Of a DNA stretch of 39,643 nucleotides, positions 13,757 to 26,113 are shown piece by piece. The stretch is from Catajapyx aquilonaris (taxonomy: Eukaryota), in contig JYFJ02003816.1 of assembly GCA_000934665.2 (NCBI GenBank), positions 1 through 39,643 of the forward strand, read 5' to 3'. The stretch's first letter is position 1. Each line of letters starts with the position of its first letter. The translations under genes and the position numbers were made by a program. Below the pieces are notes generated by a model. It was given only the letters and a program-made list of their open reading frames with translations, was not told where the DNA came from and did not search any database.

Positions 13757-13812
13757 ACCTGATATCGCATTCCGTTTATGATAATTATCATAAAAGGAAT
13801 GCGATATAAGGT
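13757..13812. repeat. 56-bp loopless near-perfect palindrome
   Basis: ACCTgATATCGCATTCCgTTTATGATAA|TTATCATAAAaGGAATGCGATATaAGGT, with two mismatched pairs. Confidence 0.9.
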
Positions 13813-14467
13813 ATTATTATACTACAGTGTCTTGGGATTTACAAGTTGAATGGCCCAAAGCCTTTATCACATCTGTCATCAAATTACTTCGCTCCAGACA
13901 TATACTGTTGCAATAATATTGGTTATTTCGAAGATATCGGTTCCGATGTAACTAATTGCTAGCCGAGTTTATACAAGTACGCAAAAGTACCGTAGTTACG
14001 TAGTCGTACTGTTGAGGGTGAAGAATACCTTATGAATTATGATATACACATCGATGAATAAACATGCAAAGTCTTGCTTATAGTTATAAGGCCTACTTAT
14101 GTACAGTTTGTTTTTATCATTCTAGCGCGCCAGGTCTTCGAATCAATTCCAAAAATGTATCCTGGATAATTCTCGATTGAATATTGTGATGAAACAGCTT
14201 TTATTTTTGCCGGATTTTCCTGCCTCTCTGTGCATACGGTACGTTGTCTAATGACATTGATAGACCAATGTAATGAAGAGCTCATAACCTACCAGATATT
14301 GCTCTTTGGTGTCCCATCCTTCCATGATCTACTAATGAAGTACACACAAGTTTGTGTCCAGCGAAACATCAAACTGTATCAGTGTAAGTCTCTTCCTTGG
14401 ACTCGACTTAATTCTTGATTTGAAAGCAGAGAAAAAATGGTAGAAGTAGAGTATGTGGGATTGCTGG

Positions 14468-14552
<85 letters not shown>
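14468..14552. repeat. (ATT)n microsatellite
   Basis: About 28 perfect ATT units. Explains the poly-I and poly-Y ORFs. Confidence 0.95.
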
Positions 14553-14553
<1 letters not shown>

Positions 14554-16489
14554 AGCAGATATACGTACTATGAGTATCTTATTCCGGGTAGCTGGTTGAC
14601 TTGTCACTTTCAAAAAAGTGACATACCCAACAAATGACACTTCGAGATAATGTACTTCAAAGGAGAAAATTCTCCTCCTCCACCATTGTTCCTTTGCAAT
14701 TTCCGCCTAAGGATCTAATCTGATCTAGTTTCCTCCAAACAAAAAAGCATGTAAGGCCCTTTGTTTGCCTCCAGTTTCTTCGCCCGTTTTTAGGAATGAT
14801 GGCGTCAGACGCACTGTGCGCTCTCCTTTGGGACTAACAGCTCCTCCAGAAGACACGGAAATCTAAAAGACACCCTAATGCAAGCCGGCGGTAGATAATT
14901 CCTTTAATATAAAGGGATGTGATATTTTATATTGACAGGCATCTCTGAAAGCCGGTGTAACTTCATGTGGCTTTTACAGAAATTAAGCCTGATGGCAGAG
15001 AAACCCTTTCAGGGAGGAGGCAAACTTTGAGATCGAAGTTTTTAACTATATTAAGCATTTCTTAAGAGCCTCAACTCCCTTTCAAGATCCTTCACATTAT
15101 TATCGATCGTATGCTCGCATTTGTCAGCTCTTCATTTTTATAATTTCTTCATTACGGGGCAAAGATGGGCTACCTCTTTACAGTATAGGCGGGATGAACA
15201 ACTCCTTAAGAAATGAAGAGGAAATTTTTTGGTAGAAAAGTAGAAAAGCAATTAACAAAGTACGCTTTGAACAATATGAGTCCTTATGTGGCGTGTCAAT
15301 TTTGAACTATAATTTTATATCGTAATTCGACCAAGTCCATTAGATTGTTTTTTTTTTGGTTTTTGTTTTTGTTTTTTTGAAAAATCATAGCGGGTTCACC
15401 CTATAATAGAGTGCATGGTTCATTGGTTGTAATCGGCTCATCACAACATCAATTTGCGACAACGACAAACCATACGCGACAGTTAGCAGCTATATGTGTT
15501 GTTCTTGTTGATTGCTGTTGCGGTAAATCGATTTGTTAATCGCTACGAAGATATATAGGCAAAGTTCGACTTTGGCTACAAATAATTAATGACATTAATT
15601 ATTTTCCTTTTATATGGACGGGGAATCATTCAAACTTCTTATGTACTGTACCTTATAACTGCAACACTGTAAGGCCTACTTGGCAGTATATTAAATATTA
15701 CATGTTAAGAAAAATATTTAAAAATTATTGAAATGTGGATTTCCCTTCTGAAGGGTAGTGCTCAGTGTTTTCGCCCATTGCCTTTGGTTTAAATCTGCAT
15801 CGCAATATCCCACAATCCGACAAAATCCCTGTAAAATAATCTCCGTATGAAAATTGCTAGCACAGAATTCCCTCCGCTTTTATAGCATTCAAAGCCATTA
15901 AAAGGAGTAATGGCAGCCCCCACAAAAAGCATAAACTTGACAATTCGGCTGAAAATTAATGTTACAAGTTTTCCCCTTCCTCCTTTTTTTTACCTCCTTT
16001 TTTCCCTTTCTTTATATATATTTTTTCTCTCCCTCCTACCCTGCTGGCCTTTTCATTTGCCTTCGTGACAATAGAGGCTGAGCTGTGCAATTTCCCCTCA
16101 TTACTTCGACACTGCCACCGAACTTAATGAAACAGTTCCTGAGGCTCAAAGATGCCCGCCGCCGTCCCGCCCAACCTCCAGCTTTGTCATTACGTGTTGC
16201 CGCATGTGTGGCGTTATAACAGCACCTTTTAATTAACCCGGCTTCAGTTTAAAGGCTAATAAATAAGGCCTTAAAGATCAGGCGAGCGTAAAATATAATT
16301 ATCGGGCTGGAAGGCGTTTGGAAGATTGCTGCGGGAAAAAGGGGTAGTTAGTGGGGGAAGGTGAGGGAGGGAAGGGATGGGAGGGTGGGAGAAAGGGAAT
16401 GGCCCTTTGCCAGAGGCCATCTTCCTGGGGGCTCAAATTTACCATCCCCCAAACTTCATGAAGTCACGCTAGTGGCTTTAGATAAATCA

Positions 16490-16700
16490 GATTCCCCTTC
16501 CTGTGGTATCTGCACATAACTGGTGTGTATCGGGAACCTGTCCGGCAGACAAATGCTGCCATTAGTATCGATTTCGTGTCGCTTCAATACGATTGATGCG
16601 GGTTCCAGCCAGTCGATTACCTTGCCTGCTATTCCGGAAGAGGTACATGGTTCAAGAAACCCATGTACGGTACTTACACATTGGGTTGAATTATGATCAT
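16490..16700 (-). pseudogene. Possible highly decayed LINE reverse transcriptase fragment (CR1/L2-like)
   Basis: STVHGFLEPCTSSGIAGKVIDWL...NGS...VQIPQEG loosely resembles RT 'FDTV.H..LL.KL..YGI.GK.L.W...L..R...V.NG..S....SGVPQG'. Matched by eye only. Confidence 0.35.
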
Positions 16701-17789
16701 GTCGAGAGATCGGGTTTTGCACGCGATAAATATGCCCCAGTTTCTATGGTCCTGCAAATTGTGACTGAATGACTGAATGTGTCCTGGCGAAGAATCTGAC
16801 AGGCATTTTCATGCGGGATCCAGTTATTATCCGTTTTATCGACTACGTATGCAGAAGTGAATGTTTTATGTCTTATGGTGGTATGAAGCTCAGAGAAAAG
16901 GGCTTTAACTGGCACTAAAAGATGTCATGGAAAAATGCTCCGGAAGAAATTCCAGCATATTTATGGCCCGTTAGGTAGCAGTACTGAGACTCACTTTGCA
17001 TGAAAAAAGAGGGTGCCCCGCAAAACTGTGGTGAATAGTTTTTAATGTTATTTTCAAAAACTAAGAAAACAAATGGAAACGGTGCGTAATTTAGCGTTGT
17101 TGAGTCATTAAAACTTGATGAATGTTGACGTGCCTCGAGTTGATGGAGCCCTTCGGGATGGGTGATGCTAGTGGCCATGCAAGCATCAGGTAGCCTCTAC
17201 CGGAATTAAGCCGAACTACTGAATATACGAGGTGAGGAAAGTTATTAAACAAATAAAAAAAAGGCTGCACTTAGCTGAGAATTTCAGGCAATATGCCGCT
17301 CTAAAATACAGCAGGTTATAGTTTTCTTGTCCACGAAGCTCTGTGTTTAAAATGTCTGATTCAGCCGATGATATTTCTACTTTGATCAGCCTTCATTTCC
17401 CAGAATATCCCTAAAAACGAAAGTCACTTACCTATATAATTTTTTGCATCCATGTGCTCGATTATTCGGAAAGGTAACATCGTCCAAACTTATTTGAGCC
17501 CAACCGCTATGAGGAAGGTGACACACATATGGGGCATGTATAGTGAAAGACATCAAGTACGAGCGTACAGCTTGAAAAAAAGGAGATCATAATCACTTGG
17601 GGTGCATAGATTAATTGAGTATTCTACGTAAGATTATTGGACACCTGACCAAACGCTGGACCATACATCCGATAGTTACAACTCTGCCAGGAAAATTTAT
17701 TAACCATCAGTTTCCACGGTAATTTGATGGCTGATGCAAAGCGGACATTTGTTTTAGCGGTGCTGGGATAATTATGTGCCTCATTGTTT

Positions 17790-18142
17790 TTGGAAAGTAT
17801 TACACGACCACACGTGGATGATGAGGGGGGTGGATTACCACCATTTGAATAATTTTCAGTTTTTCTTCGGACTCCGTGCAAGGAAAATAGGGAAGTATGG
17901 TAAGGATGGGGGGGGGGGGGGTTGGGGGGTGGGGAGGGGACACAGGTGCAACTGTGCAAGTGCAATGTCTGAAAAGGGTCGTGTGCGGTCCCCTAGGAGG
18001 CCGGTTTCCAAGACGTCTTCTTAGGCGCGGGGCAGAGACCCACTGACCAAGGCGAAAGGTAACTCCCGCGCGGGGATTAGAACCAGGGACCTTTCGCACA
18101 GCAAGCCGATACGTTGCCATCTCGACCACCGCACCATCCCCC
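17790..18142 (-). mobile_element. tRNA-derived SINE
   Basis: Minus-strand head GGGGGATGGTGCGGTGGTCGAGATGG (A box) ... GGTTCTAATCC (B box). Body shares ACATTGCAC..TGCAC and CAAATGGTGGTA(A/T)TCCACCCCCC with the SINE at 19300. 3' boundary approximate. Confidence 0.75.
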
Positions 18143-18589
18143 GACTTGAAGAATGTTATTCCTCCCTACGCGCACATTCCCATAAGTAGACCATTCTTCT
18201 GGTTAACCTTCATACACCTGCAGAGCACGCAGGCTATTGAAATAGAATGATGTCTACCCTAATACTTGGGTAGGCGCTTAAGAATCAAATAATCAGGGTT
18301 ACGTATGAAAATGAAATGCGCCATATTTGAGTGCAATATAAGTTTATCAATGAAGACATCATGTGGCATACTACATGACTTTACATGAGGTAGTGTTGAT
18401 TCACCCGTTTACTAGACTATAATACACACTCACAACAAGGCACCCATAGATATTAAAGGCTTTGATACGTATCTGAGAAGGCACCTTGAATATGCGACTG
18501 AAACTAATTAGCCTTCAACTGTGCGCCATGAAATGCCCAATCAATTAATTATCAATATACGATCACTCGATCCCACACCCACGCTATTA

Positions 18590-19150
18590 CAGTTGAATGC
18601 GAATATAACATACTTCAAGGAACCGAGAAAATCAGTCTGTTACAACCGAGTCTGTTATAGCCAAATCGCTACTTTTGCAACAAAAACGCAAGTTTTCTGC
18701 TTTCATATGCTTATAATGCAGACTACTGCATGCGGATTAATGAAACTATCCACAAACATGAAATATTAGCTCACCCGTATAAACTTAGGCAAGACAAAAA
18801 AAAAAACTCCATTTTCATCTGCCGTCTCGTCCTTGCCAAATATGCCAGAAAAAGAATGATTTTGACCATGTCGGCAAATGTTAGATCAATGACAGATGGG
18901 AAAATCACCCCATCTCCATTTTGCAGTTCTTTCCTCACGTGGGAAAGGAGGCTGAGTAATCAAAAGCAGCATATTTTCCCACCGAGGCGAGGGGCCAAGA
19001 AATGGTCTGTTATACCCGAGATGAGGTGAAAATGAGTATGATAAGAGTAAAAATACACAGGGCCTTATGGAAGTATGGAGAGACCAGACTTCGAGTCTGT
19101 TATAACCGAAAGTCTGTTACAGCCTAGGCTGATATATCCGGATTACACTG
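18590..19150. mobile_element. pogo/Tigger-like MITE, degenerate
   Basis: TA-CAGTTGAATGCGAATATA ... TATATCCGGATTACACTG-TA (14/18 TIR match). Repeated subterminal GTCTGTTA(C/T)A motifs at both ends. Confidence 0.65.
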
Positions 19151-19299
19151 TATCTGTTTGCTATCCACTCTGGAAAACCCAACGCTATAACTTATAGGGC
19201 GCTAGAAGAAGCTCGGAAAGACAAAGAGTTGTCATGCTTTGTGTCCAGTTGCTATTATCTACTCAAAAGTAGCAGCTTAGTTAATTTTATGTGGGAAAT

Positions 19300-20508
19300 C
19301 GGGGAGGCGATGTGGCGCTGCGGTAACGTATGCGCCCGCGGATGTTGAGGTCCCGGGTTCGATCCCAACCCGGGGTTCCCCCCTTCATCTCGCGCAGAGT
19401 GAGACCGTCTCTGGCTTCGTTTCGGGTGGCGATCCTTTCACATATGCAAAGGTGGGCACAGCTAACCGAAAAATCAGCTTCTCTAACAGCTGATCAGCTA
19501 ACTATAAAAAACTGGATTTGCTAAATAGCTAATGCTAAATGGCTAGAAAATTAGTTAGAGCTAATGCTAACAGCTAACAGCTAACTGCCTTTTTTTTTTT
19601 TTTGCTCCAAGACCCTTAAAAACCAGACCTGAGCTGATAAAGCCTAGAGAGCATTGCTACACATACGCCTTATTTAGTTATTTACTGTTCCATACAAAAA
19701 GTAATAAACAAATCCAAATAGGAAAAAAGTTTATTTGTCTCAGAAGAAAGCTACAAAGACAGGCAATGCAAAATTTATATTTAAAAACTGGTAGCTATAA
19801 TGTAATCCGCGCACCAAAGTGATCGGAAAATAAGTTTTGGCCACAGGTAGACAGTTACAGAATTTACAATCCGGCACCTAGCCCTGTAATATGAGTACAA
19901 TGTATATGGGCGGCGGCAAAAAAAAGGGAGTTTTAAACAATTCCGCACACCGTAGTGATGGTACCTAACGGCTGCCAACACATAGTAGGTGGGCATACAA
20001 ACAGGTAAAATAGCTGAATATGTGCGTAAAAGAAAAAAAAGATTCCACCATTAGGGCCTTGAAGTCCCCCACCCTGGTCTATATTAATCCCTGCCTGGAG
20101 TGGAAACAATGCAACTTTAAAAAGTGACAGACAGCGACACAGGAACACGAATTAATTTTGTTAGCTGATTGTATTTAGCTGCAGTGCGGCACTAATTTAG
20201 TGAGAGCTAATTAGTCAGCTAGCGACCTGAAAAGTTAGCGGAAACAGCTAATCAGCTAGCGAAAAGTTAGTTCAGCTATTAGATGTTAGCTGATTAAAGG
20301 AGCTAATGCCCACCTTTGCACATATGCCACCCGGGGGAGTTCACAAAACGGCACATCAACGACATTGCACACGCACTTTGCACATCCCCTCCTACCTACC
20401 CTTGGAACACACTAAATACTATCTTAGTATACCGGTTCCACCCAAATGGTGGTATTCCACCCCCCCTAAAGGAAATGTAACTCCCAATGGGGTAATGCAA
20501 ATATATAT

Positions 20509-20593
<85 letters not shown>
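19300..20593 (+). mobile_element. Full-length tRNA-derived SINE with (TAA)n tail, interrupted by a hAT element
   Basis: A box TGGCGCTGCGG, B box GGTTCGATCCC, (TAA)n tail ~20511-20593. Exact 18-bp TSD TAATTTTATGTGGGAAAT at 19282-19299 and 20594-20611. Confidence 0.88.
19447..20318. mobile_element. hAT non-autonomous element, 872 bp, nested in the SINE
   Basis: TIR CAAAGGTGGGCA...TGCCCACCTTTG. 8-bp TSD CACATATG (19439-19446, 20319-20326). Many subterminal AGCTAA (left) and TTAGCT (right) motifs. Confidence 0.9.
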
Positions 20594-20597
<4 letters not shown>

Positions 20598-22419
20598 TTT
20601 ATGTGGGAAATAATGCAGATCAAAGTCAAGTTAAGTTGCAAGTGTGCGAGACAGATGCACATAGCGTAGCAGAAGTCGTAGCAGATGGAAAACCCACCCT
20701 CTGACTTAGTGTTGACCTACCCTCTTCCTTCATCCTGCGCTCTAGGTAACCCGTGAGCCTCGCCTGTATTGCGGACCTGTTGGCAATCCAGGGGTACAAC
20801 CTTGCAGGAGACCTCAATCCGCGGCGCTAAGCAAGTGGTTACAGTCAGGCAATTAATTCACCTTCTCATCCCAATTATGCTGTTAATTATCTAATGCAAG
20901 CGGACTAGGATAGCTCAATTAACATGTGGCTGAGCCGCCCTTTTCAAATATGGCGGGCGCAGATCCCTACTCTTGTACAGTACACTGTATATCCACAGTG
21001 CACAACCGGCGCGCACACACTTCTATGTACCCATGACCGCGTTTCCTGGTCTGCTCCCCCACCTCCCNTTACCCCCCCCCCCCCCCCCATATCCCCCAAT
21101 CCAGCCAACCTCCCTCCTCCCCACTTTCCTACCAGAGTCCCCGACAGAGAACTCTTCAGATCTCGGCGGACTTCCTTTGAAGTGCCTCTATTGTGGCTGG
21201 CCATTGTAACCTATTTGGTTGCAAACAAAGGGGCCGCGGCTCGCTCGCACGTGGCGCGGCAGAGAGGGCGGATAGGGGAGGGAGAGAGGGAGGGAGGATC
21301 GGCAGAGCCAGTCTGCAGTGTAGCCAGACGCGCGGAGCAGTCAGGCGCGCCTCCTCACCTGCGGTGGAAACCAAGAGGCCTCCGCTGTAATAAAGAGAAC
21401 AGAGAGGAGTCGAGCTGCTGCTGTTGGGGAGGGGAAAGAGGGGGAGTTCCTATTTGTCTCCTGGCGATCAAAGCCAACCGCTCCCCTTTTTGGGGACCAC
21501 AGAGAGGCAGCGTCAGCCTATACTTTTGAGGCGGGGGTGCTGCTGCTATGAGGGCACTCCTCAGCCTTCTCTTCAAGGGTCAGCAGCGCGAAAAATTCAA
21601 TGCAAGGGATGTGGGATGGAGGGAGGGGCACACTCAGGTGTAAATGTCGGGACCCTCTGTGCACCCTCCCTAGCATGCTCTTCATCGTGCCCTACAAAGG
21701 CGGCTGCCAGGATGAAAAGGGATTCCGCGAAAAGGGGAAGCGTGATGATGAGTGATTAGAGGGATCCGCCATTTTCCTTTTTGGGGACTACGTAGTACGT
21801 GTGCGTACGGTCATATCCGGCCATCGTGCGGCCAACTTACGCTCAGATGCACATCTGTATGTCGCTCTGTTTGCAGCGGCGTTGTGTCGTCTCCTGTGTG
21901 ACTAATGACTGGGGGAGGTCTTGTGTACTGGCACACGTCTGGGTCCTTTGAAAATTAGCCGTGGTTCAGGGGCAGCGGGTACTGGCCTACAGAGGTAGGT
22001 TACTTTGAAGCGAAGAAAACTTGGCGCGACACGTACGGGGCTGTCTTTTTTTGCTATGGCTCCACACACCGCGCAATAGAGTACGCGGTTCATAGCCTGA
22101 CATTTAGGTGTGAGTGGAACAAATGTGCAAGGGGCAGAGATAAACGCTCATTGAAGACTTGCTTGCCAAGCACACCAGTACCATTTTACGTTTTACGTTT
22201 TACCCGACTACCAGTCGTAAGGAGTTTTATGACGTAAGACGTAAGGTGTAGAGATGAATGAATAATCTAGAAGGATATGCAGACTTGAGAACGAAGAGAA
22301 ATACCATAACCTCAATAGGAGTCTGAAGCACCTGTAACATTACAAATCGTTACATATTAACTTATTTGAAATTTGACGGGAAATTTACTGGCGGTGGTTG
22401 TCGCCACAGCCTTTCACCT

Positions 22420-22735
22420 CGGGTGTCTCGAGTTTGATCTCAGGATCTGGCGGAGGATTTGTTCATAAGGTCAAAGTGTTTCAATGGGTTCTCTCCGTAT
22501 TCGTGTGGGTTTCTCGTTAATTCCCCGTTAATTCTCACAATCAATATTACACAAATGTTATTACATGGGATCCTTCCTGTAGAGTGCAATTTTATAAAAC
22601 AGTATAAGCTGCAAATTCCGATCATTTTTGCAACCGGTGACGGGTCGTATTTCTTCGGGAACGGAGTTAATTTATTCAGTTCTCAATATAGACATTCCTG
22701 TCAAGTCAACCAATTTCCAATCACTTTCAATCCCT
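22420..22735 (-). pseudogene. Possible decayed RTE-type LINE reverse transcriptase fragment
   Basis: Manual minus-strand translation GIESDWKLVDLTGMSILRTE*INSVPEEIRPVTGCKNDRNLQLILFYKIAL resembles RTE RT 'GIP.KLV.L..M......V.....SE.F....GLRQGD.LSP.LFNIAL'. Weak. Confidence 0.3.
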
Positions 22736-25700
22736 ATATAATTTCCCATTATTACGCGTAATTTATTGTTAAATTTTTCATGCCGTAGTGTGTTCAGTGG
22801 GGGTGTCAGTTTCAGTTAGATATTTTCCCATTGAGTTGCCTAGCCGTTATACCTTTGAACCGTTACTACTAGGGACCATCTAAAATATCATATGCCAATA
22901 TAAGGGCCATCTTATTGGGGCGATGGTGGGGTGAGGGTGGAGGTCAAGATTCTCTGCATGTGTGACAGGTTTGGAATTTGAAAATTTGCGCAATGACTTA
23001 TTATGACTCAGCCCATGTAATGTTCAATCTTGAACTGAAAATAATCCGTTCAAGCAAATGTTAATTGAAAAATTTATATGAATGACTGATTTGTGCCCAT
23101 CCCTATCTTTGACACTTAATTTTTGAAGGAAGGAGAAAAAAATATTTGAGATGCTGCCAAAAGACCTGCCAGTTGGCCAGATAATTCTCACAACTTTCAG
23201 GCCTCACCAGACTGATTCTAAACGTGCTGGGATAAATATCAGATGGATCAAAATATGGATCACGTGGCTATATTTTGGCACCCTTTTCCTGGAGAGTCAC
23301 TCTGGCACCAACTGCAGAGCCTATAGCTCGACACAGCCCCATTACTATCATTGGTCACCCTCATTGCTAAAATACGTACAAGTGCAAGTAGTAGTGTGCA
23401 CTGGTGAAAGGTTAATAGGTACACAATTTCATTGGAGAAATAGGTCAACTGGGTAGTAAAGTGGAAATAAACAGGGGATGGCACATTAATTCATAATGAA
23501 GTCAATTAGTTGATCATGTCACTTTTGGAAGTACAATTGGAATGTACTGCACTGTACAAGTGTTCGCAAAATATGTAAAGACATTAACTATACTCCTATA
23601 GGTTGTTTCGCTTCGAGTGTAAGTTTTTCCTCATAAAGATTAAACAATCAACGAGAAATCAGGATTGCCCTCGACGTCACTTCTTTTTGCAAAGCCACTA
23701 CAGTGCATGCCCAACGCATGCACCAGAAATAAGATTACACGTACTACCCATTGTATTAAACGAGACCATCCCTGAAATTCATCCATATTTGCATGTATCT
23801 AGATTGAGGAGGGCAACCATTTCGGTCGAGCAACCCCTCTTCCACAACATATACATTCCGTCCCGCGTCCTCTGACGCGGGTGTTTACTGGCGAAAAAGC
23901 CTGTGGAATTATCCGGTAGCAGTGCCTTTGGTGCGCCCCGGAGTCGCAGCCGCCATTAGAGACGACAGTGCAGGGGGCGGCTTGCCTTTGATGTCTCTCT
24001 CTGGGCGGCCGCTCTCATTTTAGCGCGGCTTTTCTCTTCTTTCTTTGGGGCGCCCAAGCGACATCTGAAAGCCTTTCCCTACCAACCACCCCACCCTTTT
24101 TTGAAAAAAAAAGAAAAAAAGAGGGGGAAAAAAAGAAGACCAAAGCCGACACTGTCCTTTCGGTTCGGGCGACAGGGACAGCTTACTTTCCCCCTCCCCC
24201 TCCCCCTCCCCCTCCCCCCTCCCTGTCCTCCCCACCCCCAACCCAAGCGCGCGCTTTGAATGATTCATTAGGTCTATTTTGATATTTTCGCGCGTTTGAT
24301 GGGTCTATTACCGGTGGCGCATGGCTTCGGATTTCTTTGAAATCCACCTAGGATGGGGGGGTCTGTGGCGGTGGATTTTCAAAGGTAGGGAGCTAGGGGG
24401 ACACCCCACTCCCCCTTTGCCAACCTGCTCCCTCCCTCCCCTTTTTGCAGGGTAGATGAGAGACAGAAATGGCATCGGTGTGTAGAGGAGGGAACGGGGC
24501 AAAAGTCTCCTTAGATCTCCACTGTACTTGTATATCAAAGCTGGGCACAAAGGTCTAATTAGGCAGCGTGCAGAAATGTGCTCCGCGTGCACAGAACTCT
24601 GCAGGTCCTAACTCACTGTACACTAATTTTCACATAATTATAACTGCGATCTTGCTCAGTGATAGTACTACTGGACTGGTCCACTCTCCGAACACCTTCG
24701 CTGTGCAAAAGAAATCCAGGCATATTTAATGAACATATTTAAATTAAATTGGCGTTAAGATATTAGGATCCCAGAACAGAACACTTAATGTCACTGGTTG
24801 CTGGGAGGATATTAAATTGAGCTAACATTGAAAGTCAAAGTGGCGAAGAGGAGAAAGAATTAGGGTTGAGGTACAACAAGTGTTACCAGCTTTGGTTAGG
24901 AGTTCTGACGGAATGAGGTTCAGTTATTGAGTCGCTAGGGAAGTGAAATTCCCAGAAGTTAGGCAGTGTGGGCTCCAGAGGGATTCCCCTCTTCCTTGCG
25001 GTTTCTGTTCCGGATTGCAGTGTGGTCTGCCACTCTTGTGCCTCGTGGCCTGCAGCCTCCCACCAGCTGCATTCCCTACGTCGTTCTAGTTCACGAGTTT
25101 CCCTCTTGTTGCACAACCTGCGTGTACTGTGGTGGTGCAGCTGCCTACCACTTGGTCACAGCTTCACTCAGTTTCTAATCTAGGCTAGCAAATAATTACA
25201 TTTTAAAGGCTCAATCAAGGAGTTGGTTTTGGGAAGTTATGAGAATTTGTAGTGAGTACCAGTAACTGTAGCTATATAGATGCCTCGAAACGCAGTGCTT
25301 ATAGTACCCGTTTAATGCCCAGTGCAGAGGTGTCGTTAACTACAGACGGAGAGTGGAGTACGTATAGCCTATGTTTCGTGGAACGAACACCTTTTCTGCT
25401 ACATTTAGTTAGTGTTGATAATTTGGTTGATAATGATAATTTAATTACCTTTCCGAACTCTAGAGTCTATACATTAGATCTACCAGATACGAGCTTGGTT
25501 TGAAACTGAGCTAAATAAGGACATAGAGAAACGGACTCTGCATGTTTAAAAGTAGGCTAGTTTTTTCCCGTTAGTTTTCATTAATTCTACATCATGGCAT
25601 ATCCCTGTAAGGAGTATCCATGGTGAAGAAACCGCAAATAGACGTATACTAACTTTGCCATCTAACATTTTAGCTGCAGTAACTCGAACTTGCTCACAAT

Positions 25701-25976
25701 TTGTTTAAAGTACTACAGTAAGGTACGGTACTGTACGTCACTTGCTATGCAGGAAGTTACCAAGACATGAACTGAAAAAACCACGAAATAATAAAATAGT
25801 GGCCATGGTGACGTAGATCTGACCACCATGAAATGCATGGTACAGTACATTCGTCAGATGCACACAGAAGTCCAATATGGTTTACTTTGACATTAATTAT
25901 TATTGTTCGTTAGTTATTGGCAACAATTCAAAACAAGCAGAAACCTTATAGGTTTTTGTTACACTGACGTGAGTTA

Positions 25977-26113
25977 AGGCCATTTCACAAAAAAATGTCG
26001 CGCGGCAAACGGCGCGACTTGCGGCAAATTTTTTATTAATATTTATTGTTGCCAATTGTTGGCAATACTATTGCCAACAATTTGCCGCGCGACGTTTTTT
26101 TGTGAAATGGCCT
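25977..26113. mobile_element. PIF/Harbinger-type MITE, 137 bp
   Basis: TIR AGGCCATTTCACAAAAAAA(T/C)GTCGCGCGGCAAA. TTA duplication at 25974-25976 and 26114-26116. Confidence 0.85.

Noticed and set aside
14332..14640. Poly-Ile and poly-Tyr ORFs, also poly-Leu at 20396-20662 and poly-RE at 6340-6666
   Set aside because: Translations of microsatellites.
19447..20318. Repeated AGCTAA motifs as a CRISPR-like or regulatory array
   Set aside because: Short, irregularly spaced and oriented as hAT subterminal transposase-binding repeats; the context is eukaryotic.
20924..21529. 201-aa ORF
   Set aside because: Spans a C homopolymer and an N, is low complexity and shows no homology; expected by chance in GC-rich DNA.
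24883..25116. ECSWWEAAGHEAQEW as a degenerate zinc knuckle
   Set aside because: Lacks the required cysteines and there is no other gag or ORF1 evidence.
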